Shown in pieces: positions 51,415 to 61,312 of a stretch of DNA of 64,000 nt. The first letter of the stretch is position 1. The number at the start of each line of letters is the position of its first letter. Position numbers and translations under genes: made by a program. This DNA is from an uncultured Actinomycetes bacterium (GTDB lineage: Bacteria; Actinomycetota; Thermoleophilia; Gaiellales; JALYLC01). The stretch is from assembly GCA_963845865.1 (NCBI GenBank), contig CAWJTT010000005.1, forward strand, positions 11,315 to 75,314, written 5' to 3'. Below the pieces are notes generated by a model that saw nothing but the letters and a program-made list of their open reading frames with translations, ran no database searches and was not told the origin of the DNA.

Positions 51415-51834
51415 ATGGCTGACTCCGCGCACGAGGACAGCTCGCTCGACGTCGCGCCGACGCGCCTGCGCATCGGCGCGGCGGCCGCCAGTCTGGGTGT
51501 CAGCGTCGACACGCTCCGGCGCTGGGAGAAGGATGGACGGATCCACTTCGAGCGCGTCGGCAACCAGCGCGTGATCTCGAGCGACGAGGTCGAGCGCCTC
51601 CTGCGCGACCGTCCCGCCCGCACGCGCACCTCGAGCGCCCGCAATCGCCTCGAGGGCTCCGTCGTCGCAATCAAGCGGGGGCGGGTGATGAGCCAGATCG
51701 AGCTCGCCTGCGGCCCATTCCGCGTCGTCTCGCTGTTGAGCACCGACTCGCTCGACGATCTCGGCCTCAAGCCCGGCGATGCGGCGATCGCGGTCGTCAA
51801 GGCCACGACCGTGATCGTCGAGCGCGAGGACTAG
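51415..51834 (+). CDS. MerR/excisionase-type HTH fused to a Mop/TOBE molybdate-binding domain (ModE-like regulator)
   Basis: The HTH is LRIGAAAASLGVSVDTLRRWEKDGRI. The Mop domain is SARNRLEGSVVAIKRGRVMSQIELACGPFRVVSLLSTDSLDDLGLKPGDAAIAVVKATTVIVE. Confidence 0.8.
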   Translation: MADSAHEDSSLDVAPTRLRIGAAAASLGVSVDTLRRWEKDGRIHFERVGNQRVISSDEVERLLRDRPARTRTSSARNRLEGSVVAIKRGRVMSQIELACGPFRVVSLLSTDSLDDLGLKPGDAAIAVVKATTVIVERED

Positions 51835-52334
51835 TGGCGGACGCTGTCACGTTCATGCCGATCGGCATCGTGCGCACGCCGTTCGCGACGCACGAGGGGA
51901 TGCCCATCCAGACGGTGGCGGCACGAGGTGTGCAGGGCCGCATCGAGCTCGATCCCGCGTACGTCGCCGGGCTGGCCGACCTCGACGGCTTCACGCATCT
52001 GCACCTGATCACCCACCTGCATCGCACCGGCGCCGCCTCGCTGCGCGTCACCCCGTACCTCGACACGAGCGAGCGCGGAGTCTTCGCGACTCGCTCGCCC
52101 AAGCGCCCGAACGCGATCGGGCTCTCGCTCGTCCGGCTCGTGCAGATCGAGGGTCCGACACTCCACGTCGAGGAGCTCGATCTCCTCGACGGCACCCCGT
52201 TGCTCGACATCAAGCCCTACGTGCCGCCCTTCGACGACCGCGCCGGTGCACGCTACGGCTGGTTCGAGCAGCGCGCGCAGAACGTGCACGCGGTGCGCGC
52301 CGACAGCCGCTTCGAGGAGCCCGGAGCGTCATAG
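51834..52334 (+). CDS. trmO: TsaA/YaeB-type tRNA methyltransferase (TrmO family)
   Basis: IGIVRTPF...EGMPIQ, HLHLITHLH, GVFATRSPKRPNAIGLSLVRL and LDGTPLLDIKPY are present. The GTG overlaps the previous TAG. Confidence 0.8.
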   Translation: MADAVTFMPIGIVRTPFATHEGMPIQTVAARGVQGRIELDPAYVAGLADLDGFTHLHLITHLHRTGAASLRVTPYLDTSERGVFATRSPKRPNAIGLSLVRLVQIEGPTLHVEELDLLDGTPLLDIKPYVPPFDDRAGARYGWFEQRAQNVHAVRADSRFEEPGAS

Positions 52335-52365
52335 CGCGGCGTGCCCGACGCGGTACAAATCGGGG

Positions 52366-53343
52366 GTGGCGGAAACGGCAGTCATCGAAGCTCGTGGGCT
52401 CGTGAAGCGCTACGGAGATGTCGAGGCGGTGCGGGGCCTCGATCTCACGGTGGCCGCCGGCGAGACGTTCGGATTCCTCGGGCCGAACGGTGCCGGAAAA
52501 TCCACGACGATCAAGATCCTCTGCACGCTGGCGCTGCCGAGCGCGGGACACGCGAGCGTCGGCGGCTTCGATGTCGTGCGCGAGCGGGCGGCCGTGCGGC
52601 GCAACATCGGCCTCGTGTTCCAGGACACGACGCTCGACCAGTACCTCTCGGCCGAGCGCAACCTGCGCTTTCACGGCGAGCTGTACGGCGTGCCGCGACC
52701 GGTCATCGCCGAGCGCTCGAAGCAGGTGCTCGAGATGGTGGGGCTCTGGGATCGGCGAAAGGCGCGTGTGTCGACGTTCTCCGGCGGCATGAAGCGTCGC
52801 CTCGAGATCGCGCGCGGCCTCCTGCACTCGCCTCGCGTGCTCTTCCTGGACGAGCCGACCGTGGGCCTGGATCCGCAGACGCGCGCGTCGATCTGGAACT
52901 ACCTGGAAGAGCTACGCCGGCGTGAGGCGATCACGATCTTCCTGACCACGCACTACATGGACGAGGCAGAGCACTGCGATCGCATCGCCATCGTCAACGA
53001 AGGGCAGATCATCGCCCTCGAAACGCCAGACGCGCTCAAGGCGAGCGTCGGCACCGACCGCGTGCAGATCGCGACTGCCGACGATGATGCGGCGATCGCG
53101 GCTCTCGCACAGCTCTTCGAGATTACCGGCGAGCGTCGCGATGGCCTCGTCATGTTCCACGTCGCCGACGGCGAGCGGTTCGTTCCGCGCCTGTTCGCCG
53201 AGCTGCCCGTGCCGATCCGGTCGGTCAGCGTGTCCCGTCCGACGCTCGACGACGTGTTCCTCTCGTATACGGGCACGACGATCCGGGACGCGGAAGCCTC
53301 GGCGGCCGACTCGATGCGCGTGTTCGCGCGGGCCCGCGGATGA
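52366..53343 (+). CDS. ABC transporter ATP-binding protein (DrrA / ABC-2 exporter type)
   Basis: Walker A is GPNGAGKSTT, the signature is FSGGMKRR and Walker B is LFLDEPT. The GTG 52366 start is approximate. Confidence 0.9.
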   Translation: MAETAVIEARGLVKRYGDVEAVRGLDLTVAAGETFGFLGPNGAGKSTTIKILCTLALPSAGHASVGGFDVVRERAAVRRNIGLVFQDTTLDQYLSAERNLRFHGELYGVPRPVIAERSKQVLEMVGLWDRRKARVSTFSGGMKRRLEIARGLLHSPRVLFLDEPTVGLDPQTRASIWNYLEELRRREAITIFLTTHYMDEAEHCDRIAIVNEGQIIALETPDALKASVGTDRVQIATADDDAAIAALAQLFEITGERRDGLVMFHVADGERFVPRLFAELPVPIRSVSVSRPTLDDVFLSYTGTTIRDAEASAADSMRVFARARG

Positions 53344-54215
53344 GCGAGATCGGCGCCGGCTCGGCGCTGCCGGTCGCCGCGGTGCGAGTGGCTCCTCCCG
53401 GGCTGCGCAGTGACATGCGCGCGGCGCGGGTCGTCTGGCAGCGCGAGCTGATCCGCTTCGGTCAGGACCGCATCCGCATCGTCGCGGCCCTCGTGCAGCC
53501 GGTCCTCTTCCTGTTCGTGCTCGGGACGGGGCTGCAGTCGCTGACCAGCGCCTCGACCGGCGGCACATCGCTGCGCACGTTCATGTTTCCGGGCGTGCTT
53601 GCCACGAGTGTGCTCTTCACCGCCATGTTCTCCGCGATCTCGATCGTGTGGGATCGCGAATTCGGCTTCCTGCGCGAGATGCTCGTCGCACCCGTGCGGC
53701 GAGGCTCGATCCTCGTCGGCAAATGCCTCGGCGGCGCCACGGTGGCCACGCTCCAGGGGATGCTCGTGCTCGTCCTGGCCCCCCTGGTGGGCGTTCCGTA
53801 CAACGCCGAGATGATTGTCGAGCTGATCGTCGTGATGTTCCTCCTGGCCTTCGCACTGACGGCCTTCGGCCTCGTCATCGCGGCGCGCATCGCGAACATC
53901 CAGACCGTCATGGGAGTGATGCAGGTCTTGTTGTTCCCGCTCGCGTTCCTGTCGGGCGCGCTCTATCCGATCGACGATCTGCCCACCTGGATGTCGGTGC
54001 TCGTGCGCCTCAATCCGATCACGTATGCCGTGCACGTCTCACGCAACATCGTGTTCTCGCACATCGACGCCACCCCGGCCGCGCGCGCCGCACTCAACCC
54101 GCCCCTGATGTGGGGCGACTGGGTCGTCCCGAACGGCGTTTCGATCGCCCTGGTCGCCGGAATCGGCGCGGGACTGCTCGGTCTCGCGATGGTGCAGTTC
54201 GCCCGCGTCGAGTAG
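53340..54215 (+). CDS. ABC-2 type transporter permease
   Basis: It overlaps the ATPase gene by ATGA. It has six hydrophobic segments and the motif REFGFLREMLVAPV. Confidence 0.85.
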   Translation: MSEIGAGSALPVAAVRVAPPGLRSDMRAARVVWQRELIRFGQDRIRIVAALVQPVLFLFVLGTGLQSLTSASTGGTSLRTFMFPGVLATSVLFTAMFSAISIVWDREFGFLREMLVAPVRRGSILVGKCLGGATVATLQGMLVLVLAPLVGVPYNAEMIVELIVVMFLLAFALTAFGLVIAARIANIQTVMGVMQVLLFPLAFLSGALYPIDDLPTWMSVLVRLNPITYAVHVSRNIVFSHIDATPAARAALNPPLMWGDWVVPNGVSIALVAGIGAGLLGLAMVQFARVE

Positions 54216-54274
54216 CACTCGCGTCGGGGTCAGGCAGCGTGCCTGGCCGCTGAGCATCCCTCTAGACTCGTGCC

Positions 54275-55282
54275 ATGCAATTCGGCGTCACGATCCTTCC
54301 CGATCCGCCGTGCTCGCGCTTCGTCGAGCTCGTGCAGGCGGCAGAGGCCAGCGGCTACCACTGGGCGTACACCTACGACTCGCACATCCTCTGGCAGGAC
54401 GGCTCGGCGTTCCTCGCCGCCGCAGCCGCGCAGACCGAGCGCATCGGCCTCGGGTTCTGCGTGACCAATCCGGGCACCCGGGAGCCGACGGTCACCGCGA
54501 GCTTCCACGCCACGCTCAACTCCATGGCGCCGGGGCGCGTCGTGGTCATGATCGGCCGCGGCGATTCGGCCCGGCGCACGATCGGGCTGGAGCCCGTCAA
54601 GGTGCGCGAGTTCGAGGCGGCGACCGAGCTGATCCGGGAACTCGCGAACGGCCGAACCGCCGACTGGAACGGCAAGCAGATCACGCTGGAGTGGGCCAAG
54701 GATCTGCCGGAGATCCCGGTGTGGGTGGCCGGCTACGGCCCCAGGGCGCTTGCGGTCGCCGGCCGGCAGGGCAACGGCGTCGTGATCCAGCTGGCCGACG
54801 TCGACATCATCGACTGGATCATGGGCCAGGCCCGCGCGGCTGCCGAGGAGGCCGGCCGCGATCCGGGCGCGCTCGAGCCCATCGTCTGCGCTCCCGCGGT
54901 CATCAGCGACGACATCGCGGCTGCGCGCGACGCCTCGCGCTGGTTCCCGGCGATGGTCTCCAACCACGTCGTCGACCTGCTCAAGCGCTACGACCAGTCG
55001 CTGCTCCCTCCCAGCCTGACCGGCTACCTGGAGCGGCGCGAGTTCTACGACTACTCCGAGCACAGCCGCACGGGCGCCAGGCACGGCGAGTTCGTCGACG
55101 ACGAGACCTGCGATCGCTTCTGCATCCTCGGCACGGTCGAGGACCACATCGCGAAGCTCCGCGAGCTCGAGGCGCACGGCGTCACGCAATTCAACATGTA
55201 CCTCATGACCGGGGCACAGGAGGATCACTTCCGCGCCTACGGCGAGCACATCATCCCCCTGCTCGCGGACCAGGGTGGCTGA
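54275..55282 (+). CDS. luciferase-like (LLM class) oxidoreductase, probably F420-dependent
   Basis: The pattern MQFGVTILPD...AYTYDSHILWQD...CVTNPGTREPTV...VWVAGYGPRAL fits. Length is 335 aa. Confidence 0.75.
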   Translation: MQFGVTILPDPPCSRFVELVQAAEASGYHWAYTYDSHILWQDGSAFLAAAAAQTERIGLGFCVTNPGTREPTVTASFHATLNSMAPGRVVVMIGRGDSARRTIGLEPVKVREFEAATELIRELANGRTADWNGKQITLEWAKDLPEIPVWVAGYGPRALAVAGRQGNGVVIQLADVDIIDWIMGQARAAAEEAGRDPGALEPIVCAPAVISDDIAAARDASRWFPAMVSNHVVDLLKRYDQSLLPPSLTGYLERREFYDYSEHSRTGARHGEFVDDETCDRFCILGTVEDHIAKLRELEAHGVTQFNMYLMTGAQEDHFRAYGEHIIPLLADQGG

Positions 55283-55285
55283 GAC

Positions 55286-56521
55286 ATGGAGATCACCTGT
55301 CAACCGCAGCGCGCGATCGCCGACCTGCGTGCGCTGGCCGAGCTGACCGGCGGCCCCGGCGGGGCGCGCCGGCTGGCCTGGACGGACGAGTGGGCGAGTG
55401 CGCGGCGCCTCCTGCGCGAGCGGCTGGCGGACCTGCCCGTCCACGTCGAGATCGACGAGGCCGGCAATCTCTGGGCGCGCCTGGCGGGCGACCGACCCGA
55501 GGCGGTCGTGATCGGCTCGCACATCGACTCCGTCCCGAATGGCGGCTGGCTCGACGGCGCGCTCGGAGTGATGGCAGCCCTCGAGACCTTGCGCACGATC
55601 GCGGAGGCCGGGACACCGCCCTGCACCGTGACGCTCGTGGACTGGGCCGACGAGGAGGGCGCGCGCTTCGGCCGCAGCCTGCTCGGCTCCTCTGCCGTGG
55701 CCGGGACGCTCGATCCCGACGCCGTGCGCGACCTGCGCGACGCCGGTGGAATGCGGCTCGAGGATGCGCTCGCCGCGCACGGCGTCGACCTCGACCGCGC
55801 TCCCGAGGCGACCGCGAGGCTGCGCGACGTGCGCGCGTACCTCGAGTTGCACATCGAGCAGGGACCCGTGCTCGAAGGTCTGGGCCTGCCCGTCGGGACG
55901 GTGCTCGGGACGGTCGGGGTGGAGCGCAACCGCGTGATCTTCCGTGGGCAGGCCGCGCACGCCGGCTCGACGCCGATGACCCACCGTCGCGACTCGTTCC
56001 TCGCGGCCGCGCGTTTCGCGCTCGCCGTGCGCGATGCCGCCGTGCGCCGCGGCGGCATGAGCACGACCGGGGGTGCCGCCTCGCAGCCGGGCGTCGTGAC
56101 TGCGATCGCGGGGGAGACGGCGCTGCTGCTCGATCAGCGGCACCTCGATGCGGACGCGCTGGCCGTCCTGCTGGCCGAGTCGCGCACGCTTGCCGAGGAG
56201 GCCGCTGCAACCGAGCACTGCACGGTCGAGTGGGAGCCGATCTGGCGCATCGACCCGATCCCGTTCGACGCCGAGCTGATCGTCGCGGCCCGCGCTGCCT
56301 GTCAGGACGTCGCAGGCACCGATCACGCGTTGCCGTCGGGCCCGCTGCACGACGCCGCGGAGATGGCGCGGCACGTGCCGACGGTCATGATCTTCTCGTC
56401 CTCGACCAACGGCATCAGCCACGCCAAGGAGGAGGACACCCCGATCGAGCACCTCGAGCTCGCGATCAGGGCGTATGCGCAGACCGTCGGCGCCGCGATC
56501 GACCGCGTCGCGGCGGCATGA
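55286..56521 (+). CDS. M20 family amidohydrolase (allantoate amidohydrolase / N-carbamoyl-amino-acid hydrolase type)
   Basis: GSHIDSVPNGGWLDGALGV, WADEEGARFG, ELHIEQGPVLE and GQAAHAGSTPM are present. Length is 411 aa. Confidence 0.85.
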   Translation: MEITCQPQRAIADLRALAELTGGPGGARRLAWTDEWASARRLLRERLADLPVHVEIDEAGNLWARLAGDRPEAVVIGSHIDSVPNGGWLDGALGVMAALETLRTIAEAGTPPCTVTLVDWADEEGARFGRSLLGSSAVAGTLDPDAVRDLRDAGGMRLEDALAAHGVDLDRAPEATARLRDVRAYLELHIEQGPVLEGLGLPVGTVLGTVGVERNRVIFRGQAAHAGSTPMTHRRDSFLAAARFALAVRDAAVRRGGMSTTGGAASQPGVVTAIAGETALLLDQRHLDADALAVLLAESRTLAEEAAATEHCTVEWEPIWRIDPIPFDAELIVAARAACQDVAGTDHALPSGPLHDAAEMARHVPTVMIFSSSTNGISHAKEEDTPIEHLELAIRAYAQTVGAAIDRVAAA

Positions 56522-56527
56522 CGTTTC

Positions 56528-57337
56528 TCAGCCGGGCCCGCCGACCTCGGCCTTGATCTCCGCCAGCTCGTGCTCGAGCTCGGCCAGCTCGCTGCCGCCG
56601 GCCATCAGGCGCACGAGCTCGGTCTGGTCGATCTCGCCACGCGCGAACGAGCCCAGCATGTGGCCGCGGTTGAGGATCACGAAGCGGTCGCCGACGGGAT
56701 AGGCGTGGTGCGGGTTGTGCGTGATGAAGATCACGGCCACTCCGCGCTCGCGTGCCTGCAGGATGTAGCGCAGCACGACGCCCGCCTGCTTGACGCCGAG
56801 CGCCGAGGTGGGCTCGTCGAGGATCAGCACGCGCGCGCCGAAGTAGATGGCGCGGGCGATCGCGACCGATTGGCGCTCGCCGCCCGACAGGGTGCCGACC
56901 GGCTGGTCGGGATCGCGGATGTCGATGCCCATCTGGCGCAATTCCGAGCGCACCGTCTCGCGCGCCAGCTTGACGTCGAACATCCGCAGCGGCCAGACGC
57001 CCGTGGTCGGCTCGGCGCCCAGGAAGAAGTTGCGCCAGACCGACATCAGCGGCACCATCGCGAGATCCTGGTAGACGGTCGCGATGCCGAGCGCCCGCGC
57101 ATCTCTCGGCGAGTGGAAATGCACCACGTCGCCGTCCACGAGCAGTTCGCCCTCGTCGGGCTGATGCGCGCCCGAGAGGATCTTGATGAAGCTCGACTTG
57201 CCCGCGCCGTTGTCGCCCAGCACGCAGGTGACGGAGCCCGCGTCGACGTGCGCCGAGATGTCCTTGAGCGCGACGACGTTGCCGTAGTACTTCGACAGGT
57301 CGCGCGCCTCGAGCAGGTGCGTCGCGGGTTCGCTCAT
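56528..57337 (-). CDS. sugar ABC transporter ATP-binding protein (single-domain type)
   Basis: ATG 57337 overlaps the permease stop (ATGA). [17 protein letters not shown] and [10 protein letters not shown] are present. Length is 269 aa. Confidence 0.9.
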   Translation of the reverse strand: MSEPATHLLEARDLSKYYGNVVALKDISAHVDAGSVTCVLGDNGAGKSSFIKILSGAHQPDEGELLVDGDVVHFHSPRDARALGIATVYQDLAMVPLMSVWRNFFLGAEPTTGVWPLRMFDVKLARETVRSELRQMGIDIRDPDQPVGTLSGGERQSVAIARAIYFGARVLILDEPTSALGVKQAGVVLRYILQARERGVAVIFITHNPHHAYPVGDRFVILNRGHMLGSFARGEIDQTELVRLMAGGSELAELEHELAEIKAEVGGPG

Positions 57338-58422
57338 CCCGACCTCGCGCCCGCTGCTCGCGCGCGGATGGCGGCGTTGAGCATCACGGCCAGCACGAGG
57401 ATGGCGCCCTGGAACGCGTACACCCAGTTGCTGTCCCACTGCGACACGATGATCCCGATGCTCGCCATGCCGAGGATGGCCGCGCCGAAGGCCGTGCCGA
57501 CGACCGAGCCGTAGCCGCCGGTCAGCAGGCAGCCTCCGACGACGGCGGCGATGATGAAGATGAACTCGCGGCCGACGCCCTCGTTGGCCTGGATCCCGCG
57601 CAGCCCGATGGCGGTGATGATCCCGAGCAGCGCGGCGGTCGTGGACGTCATCATGAAGAGCGCGATCTTCGTGCGCGCGACCGGGACGCCGACGTTGCGC
57701 GCGGCGACCGGGTCGCCGCCGACGGCGTAGATCCAGTTGCCGAAGCGCGTGCGCGCGAGCATCCACGCTCCCACCACGGTCAGTCCGAGCCACCAGATCA
57801 CGTTGACCTTGAAGTCGTAGGGCGACCACAGGCTCGAGGCGAAGAACGGGCGGGCCGAGTCGAATCCGGGAGCCGCGTCGATGCCGTTGATCGCGACCGT
57901 GCCCGTGATCTTCAGCGTGCCGCCGGCGTTGACGCCCTGGAGGATGAAGAACGTGCCCAGCGTGACGATGAAGCTCGGCAGCTTCGTCTTGACGACCGTG
58001 TAGCCGTTGATGAAGCCGATCGCCATGCCGAACAGCAGCACGACGGCGATCGAGGGCCAGACGTTCCAGTCGGCTCGCGTCGTCAGCAGCCCGAGCAGCA
58101 GGCCGGAGGAGCCGATCATGACGCCGGCCGAGAGATCGAACTCGCCGCCGATCATGAGCAGCGCGACGGGCACCGCGACGATTCCGTACTGCGCCGACTG
58201 GTCCAGCCACTGGCTCCAGATGGCGAAGTCGGAGAGCCAGCCCACGCTGCGCGCCGTCCAGGCGAACAGGAGGAAGACGGCGATGGCACCGCAGAAGGCG
58301 CCGATGTCGGGCCTCGCGACGAGGCGCGCCAGGATGTTGACGCCGGCGATTCGCTCGTCGGGGGCCGTGGGTGCTGCGGTCTCGGACATCGATGGCCGCG
58401 GGGCGGATGGCAACGTTGCCAC
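57334..58422 (-). CDS. sugar ABC transporter permease (ribose/xylose family)
   Basis: [21 protein letters not shown] and [14 protein letters not shown] are present. An alternative ATG lies at 58389. Confidence 0.9.
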   Translation of the reverse strand: MATLPSAPRPSMSETAAPTAPDERIAGVNILARLVARPDIGAFCGAIAVFLLFAWTARSVGWLSDFAIWSQWLDQSAQYGIVAVPVALLMIGGEFDLSAGVMIGSSGLLLGLLTTRADWNVWPSIAVVLLFGMAIGFINGYTVVKTKLPSFIVTLGTFFILQGVNAGGTLKITGTVAINGIDAAPGFDSARPFFASSLWSPYDFKVNVIWWLGLTVVGAWMLARTRFGNWIYAVGGDPVAARNVGVPVARTKIALFMMTSTTAALLGIITAIGLRGIQANEGVGREFIFIIAAVVGGCLLTGGYGSVVGTAFGAAILGMASIGIIVSQWDSNWVYAFQGAILVLAVMLNAAIRARAAGARSG

Positions 58423-58438
58423 CCGCCCCGCTCTGCTC

Positions 58439-59458
58439 CTAGCGCGTGCCCTTGGAGGCGAGGGCGGCGACCTTCGCCGCGTTCGCCTTGTTGATGATGC
58501 CCGGCCCGGTCAGCACCGGCTTGCCGCCGCCGACCGTGTTGAGGTTGTTCACGTACAGCACCGCGAACACGACGGGCAGGTAGCCCTGGAGGTACTGCTG
58601 CTGGTCGATCGCGAACAGGATCTTGCCGCCCTTGATGCCCGTGATCACGGCCGGGTTGACGTCGAAGGTGCCGACCTTGGTGCCGGCGGGCGCGACCTGC
58701 TGGGCCGGGACCGTCACGTCCGGGTCGAGGCCCAGAAGGGCATCGGTGCCCTTGTTGGCCGCGAAGTAGGCCTTGATCTTGGCCTGCGTCCCCGGGATGT
58801 CGGCCTTCGCGTTCGGGATCAGGAGTGTCTTGGTGGTGCCCTTGAACGTCTTCTTGACGCCCTTGGCGCGGTCGGTCAGGCCCGAGTTGCTGGCCTCGTG
58901 GATGATCACGACGACCGACTTCGCTCCCGCCGCCGTGAACTGCTTGCCCGCACCTTCGCCGGCGATCTCCTCGTCCTGCCCGACGTGGACCTCATAGGTG
59001 GAGAGGCTGTCGAACGCCCCCTCGCCCGAGTTGACCGTGATGATCTCGATGCCCTTGGAGGCCGCCTTCGTCAGCGGATCCTTGAGTGCGCTCGCATCGG
59101 GGACGGAGGTGGCGATGACGTTCACCTTGGAGGCGATCGCGGCGTTGATGCCCGAGACCTGCTTGGAGACGTCGTTGTTGGCGTAGACCTGCGTGACGTT
59201 GATGCCGCGCGCCTTCATGTCCTTCGTGGCCTGGTCCACGCCCGCCTTGAAGACCGACCAGAACGACCCGGTGTCGCCGTGGGTGACGACGGCGACCTTC
59301 GTCGTCGTGGCGGTGGAGGCAGCCGACGCGATGCCCTCGGCGCCGAACGCGCTCAGCCCGGCGGCCAGAACCCCGCCCGAGACGAACAGGCCGCGGCGCG
59401 AGAGCGCGCTCGACTCCTCGTTCATCGCCGTTTCCGTCGCGTGCTCCTGCGTGCCCAT
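58439..59458 (-). CDS. sugar ABC transporter substrate-binding protein (Tat signal)
   Basis: GGAGGAAACAG lies upstream. The signal is SRRGLFVSGGVLAAGLSAFG. The fold looks like a periplasmic-binding-protein type 1. Confidence 0.85.
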   Translation of the reverse strand: MGTQEHATETAMNEESSALSRRGLFVSGGVLAAGLSAFGAEGIASAASTATTTKVAVVTHGDTGSFWSVFKAGVDQATKDMKARGINVTQVYANNDVSKQVSGINAAIASKVNVIATSVPDASALKDPLTKAASKGIEIITVNSGEGAFDSLSTYEVHVGQDEEIAGEGAGKQFTAAGAKSVVVIIHEASNSGLTDRAKGVKKTFKGTTKTLLIPNAKADIPGTQAKIKAYFAANKGTDALLGLDPDVTVPAQQVAPAGTKVGTFDVNPAVITGIKGGKILFAIDQQQYLQGYLPVVFAVLYVNNLNTVGGGKPVLTGPGIINKANAAKVAALASKGTR

Positions 59459-59494
59459 CTGTTTCCTCCGTGTCGGGTCTGAACGGGCTGGGTG

Positions 59495-60547
59495 TCAGCC
59501 CGCCGGGACCGGTGTGCCGGCGATCTCGTCGATTGCGACGGGCCGCCGTTCGAGTCTCGAGCGGTCTGCGGCGAGCGCGACGAGCAGCGCGGCGCGTGCG
59601 TCGCGCAACGTACAGGCGCTGGGACCGCCGTCCAGTACTGCCGCGACGAATGCCGCGAGCTCGTCTTCGTAGGCCTGGTGGAATCGCTGCATGAAGTCGC
59701 CATAGGGGGGTGAGGCCGGCTGCGCCGCGCCCGTCTCGAGCGAGCGGATCGGGCTGCGCGAATCCATTCCCACGGCAACGCTGTCGCTGGTGCCGAAGAG
59801 CTCGAGTCGCACGTCGTAGCCGAGCGGATCGTGCCGTGTTCCCGAGAGGATGGCAAGCGCTCCGCCGCCGAGCTTGAGCACGGCGGCGGCGACGTCCACG
59901 TCACCGACCTCCGCGAACTCCGCGCTCTCGCGCACGGCGCCGTCGGCATAGACCTCGACGATCTCCTCGCCCGTGACGAAGCGGAGCGCGTCGAAGTCGT
60001 GGATGTTCAGATCCCTGAAGATCCCGCCGGAGCCCTCGATGTACGCCATGGGCGGCGGCTCTGGGTCGTGCGTCGCCGCGCGTGCGATGAGCAGGCGGCC
60101 GAGCGCGCCGTCGGCGACGATGCGGCGCGCCGCGCGGTAGCCCGCGTCGAAGCGCCGTTGGAAGCCGATCTGGACGAGGATGCCTGCTCGCTCGACCTGC
60201 TCGATCGCCGCATCGATCGCCGCGAGGTCGAGGGCCACGGGCTTCTCGCAGAACGCGGGGAGTCCGGCGCGGGCAGCCAGTTCGAGCGCGCGCGTGTGCG
60301 CTGGCGTCGACGTGGCGATCACGAGCGCGTCGGCGGCCGCCACCAGATCCGCGGGCGTCGCTGCCAGGGAGGCCCCGAGCTGATCCGCCAGGCGCCGCGC
60401 ACGCGCGCTGTCGGCGTCGCACACCGTGACGGACGCGACGCGCGCGAGCGACGTCAACGTGCGTACGTGCATGGAACCGATGCGGCCGGCGCCGATGACG
60501 CCGATGCGGAGACTGGACGACCCAGGTGTGCGCGCTCCGGGCTCCAT
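59495..60547 (-). CDS. Gfo/Idh/MocA family oxidoreductase (inositol 2-dehydrogenase-like)
   Basis: LRIGVIGAGRIGSMH and CEKPVAL are present. Length is 350 aa. No SD precedes the ATG. Confidence 0.85.
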   Translation of the reverse strand: MEPGARTPGSSSLRIGVIGAGRIGSMHVRTLTSLARVASVTVCDADSARARRLADQLGASLAATPADLVAAADALVIATSTPAHTRALELAARAGLPAFCEKPVALDLAAIDAAIEQVERAGILVQIGFQRRFDAGYRAARRIVADGALGRLLIARAATHDPEPPPMAYIEGSGGIFRDLNIHDFDALRFVTGEEIVEVYADGAVRESAEFAEVGDVDVAAAVLKLGGGALAILSGTRHDPLGYDVRLELFGTSDSVAVGMDSRSPIRSLETGAAQPASPPYGDFMQRFHQAYEDELAAFVAAVLDGGPSACTLRDARAALLVALAADRSRLERRPVAIDEIAGTPVPAG

Positions 60548-60574
60548 CAGTAAGCGCTTACAGTAAGCGCTTAC
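60548..60574. promoter_or_regulatory. tandem duplicated perfect palindrome (2 x CAGTAAGCGCTTA; GTAAGCGCTTAC at 60550-60561 and 60563-60574)
   Basis: It was read directly. It begins immediately upstream of the dehydrogenase ATG and fills half of the 51-nt gap after tetR. Confidence 0.6.
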
Positions 60575-60598
60575 CGATTGACCGTCTCCTGCGAGCGA

Positions 60599-61261
60599 TC
60601 AGGAACCTCTTTCCTGATCGAGGAGCTGGCCGCTGGAGCTGTCCACGAACCACTGCTCCCAGCGCTCGGCCGTCCAGCCGCGCTGGGTGACGAGCAGCTG
60701 CCACACGTCCGGGTGGTTCAGCGTCCAGAGGATGTCGGCCGCCTCGGCGACCTCGAGGCCCGGGCGCAGTGCCCCCCTGGCGTCGAGTGCCTGCACGATC
60801 GCTCGCTGGTTCTCGTAGAAGTCGGATTGGATGCGAGCCCAGAGGGCTTCGGTGTCCGGATCGAGCAGCGCCGCCTGCCGGATCACGTCCAGCACTCCCG
60901 CGATGCGCGTCTTCACAGCGCGCGCGTTGCGCGCGTTGAGGCGCAGCTGGCGCTCGGCGTCGGGCTCCTCCAGGACCTCGCGGTACCAGGCGCGATCCAT
61001 CACCGGGACGTCCTCTTCATCGCCCCGTAGGAGCGCGTGCCAGAGCGCGCGCAGAACGCCGCTCTTCGTGTCGAAGGCGGCGTACACGGTCTTGAGCGCG
61101 ACGCCCGCATCCTCCGCGATCTCCGACATCTTCGTGGCCGCGTAACCCTGCCGCTCGAACAGTCGCTGCGCCGCGTCGAGGATCTCGCGGCGGGTCGCAG
61201 CCGCCTGCTCTCGCCGGCGCGGCGAGTCGTACGAGCGCTTCGGGTTGACGTGTGGTGGCAT
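60599..61261 (-). CDS. TetR/AcrR family regulator
   Basis: The HTH is TRREILDAAQRLFERQGYAATKMSEIAEDAGVALKTVYAAF. Length is 220 aa. Confidence 0.9.
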   Translation of the reverse strand: MPPHVNPKRSYDSPRRREQAAATRREILDAAQRLFERQGYAATKMSEIAEDAGVALKTVYAAFDTKSGVLRALWHALLRGDEEDVPVMDRAWYREVLEEPDAERQLRLNARNARAVKTRIAGVLDVIRQAALLDPDTEALWARIQSDFYENQRAIVQALDARGALRPGLEVAEAADILWTLNHPDVWQLLVTQRGWTAERWEQWFVDSSSGQLLDQERGS

Positions 61262-61266
61262 TTAGG

Positions 61267-61312
61267 TATAGTCCAAATAACTTCAATACTCTCAGAGAGA
61301 GTCTAATTTGGA
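61267..61312. promoter_or_regulatory. AT-rich divergent promoter region with nested inverted repeats
   Basis: TATAGT lies at 61267-61272. The outer inverted repeat is TCCAAAT (61272-61278) / ATTTGGA (61306-61312). The inner palindrome is ACTCTC-aga-GAGAGT (61288-61302). Confidence 0.45.
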
